From positions 44,206,001 to 44,270,000 of the forward strand of contig CM060734.1 of the NCBI GenBank assembly GCA_030704615.1: a stretch of DNA of 64,000 nucleotides, written 5' to 3'. Shown here piece after piece: positions 62,714 to 64,000 of this stretch. Source of the stretch: Takakia lepidozioides. Its lineage: Eukaryota; Plantae; Bryophyta. Below the pieces are notes generated by a model, which was not told the origin of the DNA, did not search any database, and worked only from the letters and a program-made list of their open reading frames with translations. Position 1 is the stretch's first letter. Every line of letters begins with the position of its first letter. The position numbers and the translations under genes are program-made.

Positions 62714-64000
62714 TATTTTATAGGACTCATTCCGGATTTGGAGTGAGTCAATGGATTTCCACTAGTATATTCTGACCCCACACACAGCAACAAGTGGCAT
62801 AGTACCCTCTGGAAAGGTCACCGGAAATTCCCTTCCATATTACATAACAGCGTACATTGGTGCCAATGATTCAAATATGATCTCAAGGGGCGGTTTGGAA
62901 GTCCCTCCATAAATTTGGTGTACCCTAGCTCAATATATTACTAGGTTGAGATTCCTTAGTTGGAGTAATGTTTAAATAGTTTGTTAGGAAATTAGATATA
63001 ATAAAGATTGTGGGCTGATGTCTAGGACCCGAGTCGAACGTTCATGTGAGGTTAGTTTTTCCTTACCTTGTAATTTGAATTCGAGGCTCTCCTCCCTTTT
63101 CTCTATTATATATATATGTATAAAGGCAAAGGTTGGTTTCTCCAAACTTGACCTTCATTTACAGAAAAAGAAGCTCTTGAAATCCCAAATTGGAACGGGC
63201 GGACTTGCCGCTCCAATTTGAGCACTACTTGGTCTGAGGTGGCGGGGGTTGGGCGGGGGTTGGTATCATGTGAGCGCAGCGTGAGCACAACCCACGGTCA
63301 TTGGGTGTTGTATGTTTTTAAACGGCGGCCATAAGAGTTACATGTTTTGAGGCACAGTGCATTTATAGGGTACAGTTGCACCAAAACAATAAACTATCTG
63401 ATCTATCTTTCAATTTCGGATTGAGAACTTAAAATTAAGTAGTAGTTTCGGGAGTATGAATTTCAATTTCACATTGAGAAATTAAAATTAAGTAGTAGTT
63501 TCGGGAGTGAGAGTTTCTTCTCGATTAAATATCCATGGGACCTGACAATCTTTAAGGTCTGTTGGAGTCCCAGGGCCTTTTTCTTAAGTCTATCATGGAA
63601 AGGGCCTAGTATGGGGTGAGCATAGCGTGAGGAAATCCCACACCTATAGGGTAACATGTTTATCATGTATAGGGGTTACTTGTTTGTTGTGAGGGCATAT
63701 GTGAGCAATTAAAAATAGTTTCGCAAATGTTTTAGTTTTTTAACCTATTTTTCATCCTCCTAATATGAACTAAAGGGATACAAGCTTTCTATTGATGCTC
63801 ATGCTGAAGCAAACAATACTAGTACCAAAGACTGACCAGTGACACAAGACTGTAAACAGGAATTGCAAGTGTATTTGCAAAAAGACCAAAAAGGTACACA
63901 CCAGCTTAGGCAAGCTTCCAGCTACTCTTAGAGGCTCCCCCTTACACGACGGATAGAGAAGAGATAGATAACAAGCCTGCTGATCAGCGAGAGTATATCC

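Noticed and set aside
63431-63508. Duplicated AAAATTAAGTAGTAGTTTCGGGAGT
   Set aside because: Simple local tandem duplication with no sign of function.

Overview
This is a eukaryotic nuclear window. Spliceosomal introns, PLS-class PPR repeats and plant-type genes point to a land plant, probably a non-seed plant (inference). The left half (1 to about 34.4 kb) is a nest of degenerate transposons: a zinc-finger/Ulp1-protease gene remnant, a Ty1/copia relic, a Mutator-like (MULE) element, a 5'-truncated non-LTR retrotransposon, CACTA ends next to PPR gene fragments, and a piggyBac-like fragment. The right half (about 35-59.6 kb) holds five apparently intact host genes: NPL4-like, F-box/kelch, a truncated MECR-like mitochondrial protein, cytosolic G6PD and a Nudix hydrolase. 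These are followed by a LINE 3' remnant and a Mutator-type MITE. The most notable signals are two independent transposon-associated amino-methyltransferase-like domains. (1) An intron-containing gene at about 23.2-24.9 kb has the motif order of beta-class N6-adenine/N4-cytosine DNA methyltransferases. It is flanked by the same GGAAATTCGGCGCCATTTTT repeat array and CATGAG signature that flank the MULE transposase. (2) A PCIF1/CAPAM-like domain lies next to a chromodomain inside a Dualen/RandI-like LINE. Both copies look disabled here. All domain calls are by-eye motif recognition with no database search, and many coordinates in degenerate regions are approximate.
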